Source: a virus
Taxonomy: Duplodnaviria; Heunggongvirae; Uroviricota; Caudoviricetes
Virus record (IMG/VR): IMGVR_UViG_3300032007_000002
Length of the DNA: 64,000 nucleotides
Direction: 5' to 3' (one strand)
Shown piece by piece: positions 47,754-56,556 of the stretch; the stretch's first letter is position 1, and the number at the start of each line of letters is the position of its first letter. The notes beneath the pieces were generated by a model. It worked only from the letters and a program-made list of their open reading frames with translations. It searched no databases and had not been told where the DNA came from. The position numbers and the translations under genes are program-made.

Positions 47754-49250
47754 ATGCAGAATCCAGTGAAGAACAGCCTTACCCATAAGTGGCGTGCTTT
47801 CCTCGAAAGCAACATGGGTCCGGCTCCGAAGACCCGCACTGAAGCCAGCATTCTTGCTGTGATGTGCGAAAACCAGAACAAGTGCAACAAGGGTGTGCTT
47901 ACCGAAGGTGCCAACGTCTCGTCTGACGTTGCCCAGTACCAGCAGTATGCCCTCCCGATGATCCGTCGTAAGTTCCAGGAACTCCTGGCCATGAACACGG
48001 TCAGCGTGATCCCGACTACGACCCCGAACGGCATCTATTTCGCCCTTCGTTACCTGTATGACAACGAACCGCTCAAGTCCGTTGCCTTCCGTCAGGGCCA
48101 GAAGCAGGAAATTGGTTACGACCTCGTCGGTGACCACACTTCCTTCGCAGGCTTCCTGAACCCGTGGTCTACCGGCGCAGGTGAAATGCTTTCCAACTAC
48201 TCGGAAGGCACTGACATCTACGGTCGCGCCCGCGGTGCCAACGGCTTCGCTGCTACGCAGGAACCTGGTGGCCAGCTCTTCAACAACTTCGGTCGCTTTG
48301 CCGGCCAGCAGATGGATGGGGATGACTCCTTCGGTGGTTACTCCTACAACATCAAGAAGGCCTCCGTCAAGGTGATTTCCGGTGCCTACCGCGTAGGTAC
48401 CCGCGCAATCAAGAGCCACTACACTCTTGAACTCCAACAGGACATGGCTGCCGGCCACGGCCAGGACGTGGAAGCTCTCCTCCTCGAAGCTCTCCAGTTC
48501 GAAGTGCAACAGGAACAGGACCGTGAAATCCTCATGGCCATGTGCATCGTTGCCCAGAACCCGGCCCTTGGTGGTGAAAAGCCGATCGTGGTTGACCTCG
48601 CCATCGTGAACAACGGTCCTGCCCAGGGTCGTTGGCCGGCCGAACGCATCGCGTCCGGCATCATCTCCACCCTCATCGCTGTGAGCCGCAAGATCTCCCT
48701 CACGACCCGTATGGGTTGCGGTAACTTTGCCATCGTGTCTCCGGACGTCGGTGCTGCAATCTCTACCGTTCAGGGTGCAATCTACTTCAACGGCAACATG
48801 CAGGATATGACCAACCAGCCGGCCGGTGGTGTTGCAAACATCGGTAAGCTCCCGGTCGGTATCCAGATGTACCAGGACATCTACTCTAGCGTTTCCTACG
48901 CCCTCGTGGGATTCAAGGGTCAGAACCAGGGTGAATCTGGTATCATCATGATGCCGTACATCCCGTACATCTTCGTGAAGACGGCCGGTCAGGAAGACGG
49001 TTCTCCGCGCTTGATCGTTAAGTCTCGTTACGCCGTGATCGCCAACCTCCTCGGCGCCGGCCAGTTCTACCGCATGGTTCAGTTCCTCAACATGAACTCT
49101 GTGATCGCTGGCTTCGACGTGACTGCCAACCCGTGGGAAAGCAACGCATCTCTCGGTGCAAGCCTCGAACCGGGTCTCTCTTACGAGCTCCAGTCCAATG
49201 CGCTCGTGAACGCTCCGGCGGGCCTCTCTCAGGAAAGCGGCAACTGGTAA
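47754..49250 (+). CDS. gp23: Major capsid protein
   Basis: LPMIRR, GIYFALRYLY, TRAIKSHYTLELQQDM, GNFAIVSP, MPYIP, KSRYA. Confidence 0.95.
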   Translation: MQNPVKNSLTHKWRAFLESNMGPAPKTRTEASILAVMCENQNKCNKGVLTEGANVSSDVAQYQQYALPMIRRKFQELLAMNTVSVIPTTTPNGIYFALRYLYDNEPLKSVAFRQGQKQEIGYDLVGDHTSFAGFLNPWSTGAGEMLSNYSEGTDIYGRARGANGFAATQEPGGQLFNNFGRFAGQQMDGDDSFGGYSYNIKKASVKVISGAYRVGTRAIKSHYTLELQQDMAAGHGQDVEALLLEALQFEVQQEQDREILMAMCIVAQNPALGGEKPIVVDLAIVNNGPAQGRWPAERIASGIISTLIAVSRKISLTTRMGCGNFAIVSPDVGAAISTVQGAIYFNGNMQDMTNQPAGGVANIGKLPVGIQMYQDIYSSVSYALVGFKGQNQGESGIIMMPYIPYIFVKTAGQEDGSPRLIVKSRYAVIANLLGAGQFYRMVQFLNMNSVIAGFDVTANPWESNASLGASLEPGLSYELQSNALVNAPAGLSQESGNW

Positions 49251-49282
49251 CCAGCCCAGCCCGTTTACTGACGGACAATATT

Positions 49283-49315
49283 AAGGTGGCAGGGTTTCGG
49301 CCCTGCCACCTTTTT
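49283..49315 (+). terminator. Intrinsic terminator after gp23
   Basis: GGTGGCAGGGT-ttcg-GCCCTGCCACC-TTTTT. Confidence 0.9.
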
Positions 49316-49323
49316 GTATATTT
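49312..49323 (+). promoter_or_regulatory. Early-type promoter variant TTTTGTATATTT
   Basis: One base shorter than TTTGCTATATTT; ends 5 nt before ATG 49329; similar TTTGTAGATTT ends 5 nt before ATG 38457. Confidence 0.5.
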
Positions 49324-49328
49324 AGAGT

Positions 49329-49517
49329 ATGAGCAAGTTACCAGATGAAGGGGTCGTAATGGGCGGTCGCGACCCGAACGGGGAAAAGACCGTCATCAAG
49401 ATAGATACCAGGCCGCTGTCGCATGCCAAGGCGAAGCGGTTGATTGAGCAGATGGCGAAGAAGTTCAGGAAGTGCCTGAAATTCGACGCCAAGACCGGCC
49501 AGGTATTGCCTGCATAG
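49329..49517 (+). CDS. 62-aa stand-alone homolog of the portal clip segment
   Basis: Ungapped alignment to portal aa 291-341 with 16/51 identities; bounded by a terminator on each side. Confidence 0.72.
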   Translation: MSKLPDEGVVMGGRDPNGEKTVIKIDTRPLSHAKAKRLIEQMAKKFRKCLKFDAKTGQVLPA

Positions 49518-49518
49518 C

Positions 49519-49549
49519 AAAAACGGGCCCGCGATTGCGGACCCGTTTT
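49519..49549. terminator. Bidirectional intrinsic terminator
   Basis: AAAACGGG-C-CCGC-gatt-GCGG-A-CCCGTTTT between convergent genes. Confidence 0.8.
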
Positions 49550-49563
49550 GAAATTGGGGAGGT

Positions 49564-50067
49564 TTATTCGCAGGGGAGGGGATCCCATTCCGCGGCAAAC
49601 TGTGCCTGCGGGGTTCCCATGATGTCCTCGACGACCTTGGCCTCGGACGGCTGGGGTTCGCTGGACTTGTAGAGCATCTGCGTGAGGTTGGCTTCGAGGT
49701 CCAGCCCCTTGTACACCGGCTCCGGGCCGCTGTAGTCCCACTTGTCGAGCTCGTAGTTGCCTTTCGGGAGGGTGCTGACGTCGAACCCTTCCGGGAGATT
49801 GTAGAGGTCGCCGATTGCATAGCAGTCGTACCCGGCCTCGTAGTCTTCGTCGCTGATGTTTTCCCCGTTGTTCGACCACTGGATTGCGAGGAGCTTCCGC
49901 TTGTCCTTGCTGATGTAGCGTTTGTCGTCCGGGAGGGACCACTTGGGTGCACCGCCGACCGCTTCCAGGATGGCGTTGAAAGCCGTTTGTTCGCTGGGGA
50001 AGTGCGACGCGAGCTTGTTTATGGAGTTCTTGAAGTCCGAGATTGCGACGGAAAGTTGTGACTGCAT
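49564..50067 (-). CDS. Acidic late hypothetical protein, possible internal head protein
   Basis: Own late promoter (50093-50101, - strand) and AAGGA SD-like sequence; ILEA motif ending an N-terminal helix. Confidence 0.75.
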   Translation of the reverse strand: MQSQLSVAISDFKNSINKLASHFPSEQTAFNAILEAVGGAPKWSLPDDKRYISKDKRKLLAIQWSNNGENISDEDYEAGYDCYAIGDLYNLPEGFDVSTLPKGNYELDKWDYSGPEPVYKGLDLEANLTQMLYKSSEPQPSEAKVVEDIMGTPQAQFAAEWDPLPCE

Positions 50068-50092
50068 GCTGAAACTCTGGGTATTTCCTTGA

Positions 50093-50140
50093 TAGTTTAT
50101 AGAACGGGGTTGCCTTTGTCGGGCGCCGACTTATAAACTA
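50093..50140. promoter_or_regulatory. Back-to-back divergent late promoters: TATAAACTA on - (50093-50101) and + (50132-50140)
   Basis: Exact motif on each strand, each pointing into a gene. Confidence 0.8.
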
Positions 50141-50166
50141 TGGACGAGTTTAATTGGGCAGCCCAG

Positions 50167-51984
50167 ATGGCTAGTACCGTAATCACAGCAGCAGGCTTGG
50201 AACTGCTTAATCAAGTGCCGCAGGCCGGCGGTGATACCTATTGGATTGGATATTACGGTCTCGCCTTTGTCCCGGCAGAAAAACGCATTGAGGGCGAGGA
50301 CGATGAGCTGAAAGCTGGCATGACTTCGCTCACGAAGACAGGCGACCACATCTACAACCTGTGGCAGGGTTCGATGGTTGCGGGCGGCTATGCGCAGGGC
50401 ACGTCCGCCGCGGAGCTTGGCGGCGTGGCGATGTACACGTCCAACCTGATGTCCCGCTTCCGCTATGTTCTCGACAAGAACGGGAACAACAACCTCGTCA
50501 TGTTCCGCGGGACTACTGACAGTTCCGCCTCCGATGTCTCCGGCGCGTGTGTTTTCCGTGGGGTAAGACACCAAGACCAGGAACATCCTGAACCGGCACC
50601 GTCAAAAGGCGTTCTTGACGGGATTCCGCTTCCCGCTCCGCTGTTTTTTCATGAATGTGAGGAAAAATATGATAATCCTCCGGCAGACGAAGCAACGTTT
50701 ACACGGGAAGTGCCATCCGATCCAGCAACATTTAAATTTTATGATTATCCTACAATAGGAAGTGGTGACAAGGTTCTTCCTGCCGTGACTACGGACACCC
50801 GTGCCTATATCGGCAAGACTGCTACTGTCCCGGAAGGCGGCGATCCGTTTAACGCTGCCGTGAACGGCGTGGACACCCGCCAGTGGCTGTCCGCCAGCAA
50901 GACCTACACTCAGGATGGGCTGAACGGCGATCCGGCCCAGCCGTTGGAGCCGGACTATAACTGCCTGTGCGAACAATACTGGAAGTTCAAGTCGATTTCC
51001 AACTACAACCGTTATCATGCCCCGGCAAGTTCCGAAGGGTTCCTGGTCGATTACGAGCCGGCCTGTCGCAACATGGCGAAGGTGACGAGGCTCTTCCCGA
51101 TTAGTCATTACAAGGTGGTGAACGCGAAGGAAGGTGCATCTTCCATCCTTCCGGGTAAGAAGATTGCCAGCACGCTCCGTTTCAGCATTAACATGTCGCT
51201 TGACGACATTTACAATACTGTCGCTACCCGTGCGATTACCCAGTCCGGGGAAAGCGGAATTGAGAGTATCGGCGGTGCCGATCTGTTCCAGACCAAGGAA
51301 AGCAGCATCAAGTTCAACCGTATCGGCATCTATGCCGCGAAGATGACTGTCCACCGGTTCTACAAGTCCGAAAATAATGCGTCCAATCGTAGCGGTTGCG
51401 AGGATTTCCGTGTGCAGTTCGAAATCGACGGCAATGCCGAACCGATTCTTTTTGCCGTGGTTGACCTCGACACGACGGTGTATCTCCGCGAAGGTTCTGG
51501 CGAGACCAGCACCTACAAGGTCAACGTGGACCTCAACTTGGGCGACAAGGACACCGGGTCCGTTATCCGCGACGCTTCCGTCTTCTACAACATGTATGAG
51601 GACAATGCGATAACCTGGTACGAGAACCAGCTCATCGCTACGGCAAGCCAGGCGGAGGCCATCACTGATGTGGGCCTTGACATGGCCATCATGAAGCAGC
51701 GCATGGACCGCATGACCGCGAGTGTAAACGGGTGTCAGAACGATGACTCCGGTGACGAGTATGCGCCGAAGAACCACACCCACAACTTCATGAAAAATTT
51801 GGTCGATGGCACGGTGAACCCGGGTGCTGTCCGCGGAGTTGACTGCGCGGTAGAGAGCCTTCCCGTGGACTTTAGCATATTCGATACGTTCAACCAGTCA
51901 TTGTACACGGCGACGCAGGTTTCCGAGCGTTCCGCACAAAACAAAATCCAGTTCTTCACGGTGCATGGCACCCCCAGGAGTTAA
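50167..51984 (+). CDS. Tail fibre / baseplate attachment protein
   Basis: N-terminal TVITAAGLELL and FNRIGIYA...ILFAVV resemble tail-collar fibre N-termini; APKNHTH HxH motif; ATG 50140 overlaps the promoter, so 50167 is preferred. Confidence 0.65.
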   Translation: MASTVITAAGLELLNQVPQAGGDTYWIGYYGLAFVPAEKRIEGEDDELKAGMTSLTKTGDHIYNLWQGSMVAGGYAQGTSAAELGGVAMYTSNLMSRFRYVLDKNGNNNLVMFRGTTDSSASDVSGACVFRGVRHQDQEHPEPAPSKGVLDGIPLPAPLFFHECEEKYDNPPADEATFTREVPSDPATFKFYDYPTIGSGDKVLPAVTTDTRAYIGKTATVPEGGDPFNAAVNGVDTRQWLSASKTYTQDGLNGDPAQPLEPDYNCLCEQYWKFKSISNYNRYHAPASSEGFLVDYEPACRNMAKVTRLFPISHYKVVNAKEGASSILPGKKIASTLRFSINMSLDDIYNTVATRAITQSGESGIESIGGADLFQTKESSIKFNRIGIYAAKMTVHRFYKSENNASNRSGCEDFRVQFEIDGNAEPILFAVVDLDTTVYLREGSGETSTYKVNVDLNLGDKDTGSVIRDASVFYNMYEDNAITWYENQLIATASQAEAITDVGLDMAIMKQRMDRMTASVNGCQNDDSGDEYAPKNHTHNFMKNLVDGTVNPGAVRGVDCAVESLPVDFSIFDTFNQSLYTATQVSERSAQNKIQFFTVHGTPRS

Positions 51985-51987
51985 GCA

Positions 51988-54807
51988 ATGTATAAAGACG
52001 TCACCGAAACACTGATGACTACCGCCGAGTTCAAGGAACTTGTCGGGAAGAGCAACACGGGAAAACTTAGCGGTAAGATACTTCCTGATGTCTCTTACAT
52101 GGGTGTCAAGTACAAGGTCGGGAGCGAGACGAAGGTTTATGATGGCGACCATGTTGCCGGCAACTACTACTTCAAGACTTCCGATGGCTTGGTGAAGGTG
52201 AACATCTACGGCTCCGCGTCGGATGTCGTGGAGAGCACCTTGATCGGCCAAATCCAGGCGTTGCCGGGGAATACCGGCGCAAGCGATTTCGAGTATCTTG
52301 AATGCACGAAGAGTGCCGTATTTGACCCGCTTTATGGCTACCATTCCGACAGCCCGGGTGTCGGTGTCGATACGCTGGGCATGGGTGCCGGATCGATGTG
52401 CGAGGCCGACTATTCGTATTCGAACGGCCCGAGCATGTATATCGACTCGGATTCCAGTTATGTGAATGTGCTCGGCAATGACTCCGTTCTCCAGAACTCG
52501 CACTATGTCATGGGCTCTGTGTCGGATTCATTCATCAAGGATGCGTTCGGCCTGGTTGGCGCTATCTTCAATTCCCGACTTACCTCGGTGACCGATACGT
52601 CGGTGCTCGGGGGCATTGTCTTGAACGATTACAGTGCGCTCGAACAGAAGTGGAGTAGCGCGATGGGCGTTCCTCGCTGGCCGGGGTATTTGCTTAATTC
52701 CGACATCAAGGGCACCGGCAACGAAATGTGGGGGTCCGTTGATGGCCTGAAAATCAGGGGTTTCAACAACCACATTGGCTGGTTCAATGAATATACTGTC
52801 AAGCTGCCGGGGGATTCCACTGGTCGCTTCACGATGGGCGACATTGAAGTCAACGGTACCGGAAACTGGGTCGGGTTCAACTCGAGCCAGGTCAAGGTAA
52901 CCGGTTCAACTAACTATATCGCGGTTGGCAGTAAGAATGTCAACGTTATTGGCGACCATTTTAACGAGTATTACAATTATCCTGCCGTAACGGGAAGCCA
53001 GAAGAATCACGCAGTTGGCAGGTATAATGATTATGAGCTGTTGAGCGATACGGAGGCGCAGGCCCGCATTGATGCGGATATGGCAAGCACCGGCACCGAT
53101 GTTGGTCTGAGGGCTATTGTCGTTGGCGATAATGATTTGACATATACCCGTGACGGTGTATCGTATTCAATCGTGGCGAACGAAAGTGCAAACTGTATGT
53201 ATATCGGCTGGGGAGGACCTAAAACTTCTGAAGTTGCCAACTCGAACCGTAAAACCGTGAAGGGCGGTGAAGTTCTTTGGTATACCGAGGAATGGACGTG
53301 GTATCAGATTTTCCCGGCAAATCAGAAGAACGTGCTGTCCGTTGGTGATTATAATACGCTTCCCGATGACGCGGAAAACGTTGTTCTGTGGGGCAATGAG
53401 CTGATATTTGAAACTGCCAACATTTCTGACAGCGTGTTTGCCGCCAACCATATACGTATCGGTGGCCCGAAGAAGATGAAGGTTGGCGATGAGGTGATTG
53501 ACAAGAATATCATTCACGGGGTGTGGTGGATTGACACCAACCATGAACGGGGTGGTGGTAGTAGTGAAAACGGATGCCTGTCTGACATGAATGCCAACGA
53601 GGCTACGCCGAGTTTCACTGATGCGTTCGTGTTCACCAATTCCGGCTTCATGTATAACGGCAGGTTCTATGGCACGATGACCAAGTACGAAGCGCTTTCG
53701 CTTGGTTTCGGCGAAAGCCAGATAACCGGTAGTTCTGCATATATCCTTGATGGCGTGAGCGGCTACATTACCGAGGCTGCATGGTATAACTGCAAGAAGC
53801 CTGATACTCCGATGATTTATACCGGCGGTCTTGCCCTGTATGGTGGCGCAAATGCCTCCACCAGGAACCAGTCTGCATACGGCGTATTGAAGCTCGGTAA
53901 CATGTATTACCATGACAATACCCCGGATGACCAGATCCCGAGCGGCTATGTCGCTGCGGATTATCGCCGCTTGAAGACTGAGGAATACATCAAGAGTATC
54001 CTTGACGGCAAGGTGAGCACGGGCAACGTGTTCAAGGGTGCTGTCGTGATGACCCCGGGTACTGATAAGTGTCCGTATGCCGGCATGTCGCTCATCGTTC
54101 AGGACCGCCAGGAACTCGATGGCTCGTTCCACATCGGTGTTGGCTATCCGAAGTTGGATGTGAACATTGTCGAGAACACCTTGTTGTATGACCATGTCAG
54201 GAAACTTACCTGTTCCTACGTCGGGACACTGACTATTGGGTATCAGGAATACTATGACGGGTCGCAGATCCAGCAGTTGAGCCCGAAGGTGACATACCCG
54301 GATGAAAGCGCGACTACGGGTTCCGCTACGGCGACTTCTACGGCTGATAACGCGATAGTTACCAGTGTTACGACTGTGGCAACCAAGACCCCGTCCGGCG
54401 ATTCTTACACCGAGTCTATGGCGCCGTCCTTCCAGATTACGCCGAAAGCGAACGAAATGATTGTCATTGATCCGGGCATCTTGCACATTTCATACACCAA
54501 CCACACACTGAATGTGTCGCTGGTTGACCCGAGTGAAGCGGACGTGGGCAAGGTATTCTACCTGTACATGTATCTGAGTTCGATTACGGAATATACTCCG
54601 TATGTGACTGCCAAGTGCTTGACCATGACCGGTACATCGGTTGCCAGCGAAGGCACATCGCCTTCCATGGGCACCCGGGGCATCAACCTGCAAACGTGGG
54701 GTGATTCTACTTATGCGTCGTCCAAGAACGTATTCCTGAAAGTATCGGTCAAGAAGGCAAATAACGAGGTTGGCTACTTCTTTGAGCGTATTCCGCTTCC
54801 GAGTTAG
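51988..54807 (+). CDS. Putative tail fibre/spike protein (beta-rich, G/N/S repeats)
   Basis: AGGAG SD; repeats such as VNGTGNWVG, VTGSTNYIA, SVGDYNTL; visibly lower GC than core genes. Confidence 0.62.
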   Translation: MYKDVTETLMTTAEFKELVGKSNTGKLSGKILPDVSYMGVKYKVGSETKVYDGDHVAGNYYFKTSDGLVKVNIYGSASDVVESTLIGQIQALPGNTGASDFEYLECTKSAVFDPLYGYHSDSPGVGVDTLGMGAGSMCEADYSYSNGPSMYIDSDSSYVNVLGNDSVLQNSHYVMGSVSDSFIKDAFGLVGAIFNSRLTSVTDTSVLGGIVLNDYSALEQKWSSAMGVPRWPGYLLNSDIKGTGNEMWGSVDGLKIRGFNNHIGWFNEYTVKLPGDSTGRFTMGDIEVNGTGNWVGFNSSQVKVTGSTNYIAVGSKNVNVIGDHFNEYYNYPAVTGSQKNHAVGRYNDYELLSDTEAQARIDADMASTGTDVGLRAIVVGDNDLTYTRDGVSYSIVANESANCMYIGWGGPKTSEVANSNRKTVKGGEVLWYTEEWTWYQIFPANQKNVLSVGDYNTLPDDAENVVLWGNELIFETANISDSVFAANHIRIGGPKKMKVGDEVIDKNIIHGVWWIDTNHERGGGSSENGCLSDMNANEATPSFTDAFVFTNSGFMYNGRFYGTMTKYEALSLGFGESQITGSSAYILDGVSGYITEAAWYNCKKPDTPMIYTGGLALYGGANASTRNQSAYGVLKLGNMYYHDNTPDDQIPSGYVAADYRRLKTEEYIKSILDGKVSTGNVFKGAVVMTPGTDKCPYAGMSLIVQDRQELDGSFHIGVGYPKLDVNIVENTLLYDHVRKLTCSYVGTLTIGYQEYYDGSQIQQLSPKVTYPDESATTGSATATSTADNAIVTSVTTVATKTPSGDSYTESMAPSFQITPKANEMIVIDPGILHISYTNHTLNVSLVDPSEADVGKVFYLYMYLSSITEYTPYVTAKCLTMTGTSVASEGTSPSMGTRGINLQTWGDSTYASSKNVFLKVSVKKANNEVGYFFERIPLPS

Positions 54808-54819
54808 TCCGTGCAGGAA

Positions 54820-54841
54820 AACCTAGTTTTCCCGCATGAAA
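54820..54841 (+). promoter_or_regulatory. AACCTAG TTTTC-ccgcat-GAAA element
   Basis: Recurrent motif, intergenic if the true start is 54862. Confidence 0.6.
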
Positions 54842-54861
54842 CGTTTCAAACGAGGAAACCG

Positions 54862-55398
54862 ATGAAAAAGGTAAAACGCGCATACGCAATCAACCTCAAC
54901 CTCATGCTCGAACACGCTGACCAGGTATTCAAGGCCCCGGTCAGCGCATGGTTCCGCTATTTCGTGACCCACAACTTGAAGGTCACTGGCGAAGAACGCA
55001 AGAACACGGTAGAAGCCTTCCCGCCTGACCAGGCTTTCCTTGAAGCCGAACAGCGCCGCTTCGCTATCCAGAAGGAGCTTGGGTTCAATACCCAGGCAGA
55101 TTTTCAGACTGCGTCGCCGGAAGCCCGCGAGGAACTCGAACGCAAGATCCTTGATCTCCGCGAAGAGTGCAAGGAGGCTTACGAGAACGAGGCCATCATC
55201 GACAAGAACCGCAACGAGTTCTGCGACGAGGAAATCGAACTTGACCTCCGCACCATCGAGCTCGAACGTGTGCCGGATTTTGCTGGGACCAACGAACAGC
55301 AGAACTGGTATTACTGGAACCTCCTCAAGCCTCTCATCAAGGATCCTCCGCAGGAAGCCGAACCGGCTGCACCCGCCAAGGAAGAAAAGAAGGGGTAA
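54862..55398 (+). CDS. Hypothetical helical acidic protein, possibly a tail-associated chaperone
   Basis: GAGG SD before ATG 54862; follows the fibre genes. Confidence 0.7.
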   Translation: MKKVKRAYAINLNLMLEHADQVFKAPVSAWFRYFVTHNLKVTGEERKNTVEAFPPDQAFLEAEQRRFAIQKELGFNTQADFQTASPEAREELERKILDLREECKEAYENEAIIDKNRNEFCDEEIELDLRTIELERVPDFAGTNEQQNWYYWNLLKPLIKDPPQEAEPAAPAKEEKKG

Positions 55399-55401
55399 CC
55401 C

Positions 55402-56496
55402 ATGGCTACGCTGGCTGTCTGTCTGGTCGTGAAGAACGGCCGGAGGACGGTCCTGTCGTGTCTGGACAGTGTCCTGCTGGTGGCCGACCAGGTCGTCGTC
55501 GTGGACACGGGTTCTACTGACGGGACTGTCGAACTGGTTCGCGGTTGGGCTGCTCGCAACAAGAAGGATACGGTTGTCGATGCTGTCGGCAGCCGTTTTC
55601 ATGATGGTATGGGCAACTTTGACTTCGGCGCCGCGAAGAACCATGCGATTAACCGTGCTACGACGGACTACGTGATGTGGATTGATGCGAACGAGACGGT
55701 CGAACAACCGGCCCGTCTCCGCAAGGCGTTTACCGTAATCACGGGAAGGACGCCCGATGCGAGCATATTCATATACACCCGCACGAGCCCGAAGTATTTC
55801 TTCCCGCGCCTGCGTATATGCAAGCGCTGTAACGCGCGTTTCGAGGGCCGCATCCACGAGCTTCTCAAGAACTGCGCCCCGAACCCTCCCACGGTCGATA
55901 CCGGCCTGTTCATCAGGAACTTCAAGCCCACGCGCGACGTGGCCCGCAACTTGAAGACGCTGCTTGCGGACTGGAATATCGGGAGGACGCCGAGGACCGC
56001 GTTCTACATCGCGAATTCCTATCGCGACATGAAGAATGTTCCCGCCGCGCTGGAATGGTATAACGTCGCGGTGGACGAGTTCCCCGACAACTTTACCGAG
56101 GAACGCGTCAAGTCCCTGGAAATGATATGCCAGATTTCGGAAACGAACCGCGACCTGGAAACGATTGGCAGGCGCTCCCTCCAGCTTATCCAGGAAAGTC
56201 CGACACGCCCGGAAGGCTACTACTGGCGCGGAAAGTATCAGTACCACAAGGAAAATTACAGCATGGCCGAGAAGTGCATGCGCCAGTGTCTCAAGCTGAA
56301 CGCACGCCCCGATTCGGTGACCTGGATTAACCCGGACATCTACGACCGGCGCAAGATTGTGCAGATGCTCCACGAGGCGCGTGACAAGAGCACTTTCCTC
56401 GGGCAGAAGCCGATGAAGCCGGACCGTATCGAGGAATGGTATGGTAACGGCGCCGGGGCCCGTTCCAGGGTGGAATACCAGGGTTACGGGTACTGA
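55402..56496 (+). CDS. GT2 glycosyltransferase-fold protein with C-terminal TPR repeats
   Basis: VVVDTGSTDGT, DFGAAKNHA, WIDANE (usually DADE), FEGRIHE; TPR-like AFYIANSYRDM and PEGYYWRG. Confidence 0.85.
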   Translation: MATLAVCLVVKNGRRTVLSCLDSVLLVADQVVVVDTGSTDGTVELVRGWAARNKKDTVVDAVGSRFHDGMGNFDFGAAKNHAINRATTDYVMWIDANETVEQPARLRKAFTVITGRTPDASIFIYTRTSPKYFFPRLRICKRCNARFEGRIHELLKNCAPNPPTVDTGLFIRNFKPTRDVARNLKTLLADWNIGRTPRTAFYIANSYRDMKNVPAALEWYNVAVDEFPDNFTEERVKSLEMICQISETNRDLETIGRRSLQLIQESPTRPEGYYWRGKYQYHKENYSMAEKCMRQCLKLNARPDSVTWINPDIYDRRKIVQMLHEARDKSTFLGQKPMKPDRIEEWYGNGAGARSRVEYQGYGY

Positions 56497-56512
56497 TTTC
56501 CGCCCCCGCGGA

Positions 56513-56521
56513 TATAAACTA
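56513..56521 (+). promoter_or_regulatory. Putative late promoter TATAAACTA
   Basis: Exact motif 35 nt before ATG 56557. Confidence 0.78.
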
Positions 56522-56556
56522 TTGGCGTTACACGAATTTACGAACGGAACCCGCAG

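Noticed and set aside
51982-51990. In-frame TAA-NNN-ATG junctions (also 9559-9567, 44915-44923, 55396-55404) suggesting readthrough or split genes
   Set aside because: An AGGAG SD precedes 51988 and purine-rich SD-like sequences precede the others; tight gene packing explains the spacing.
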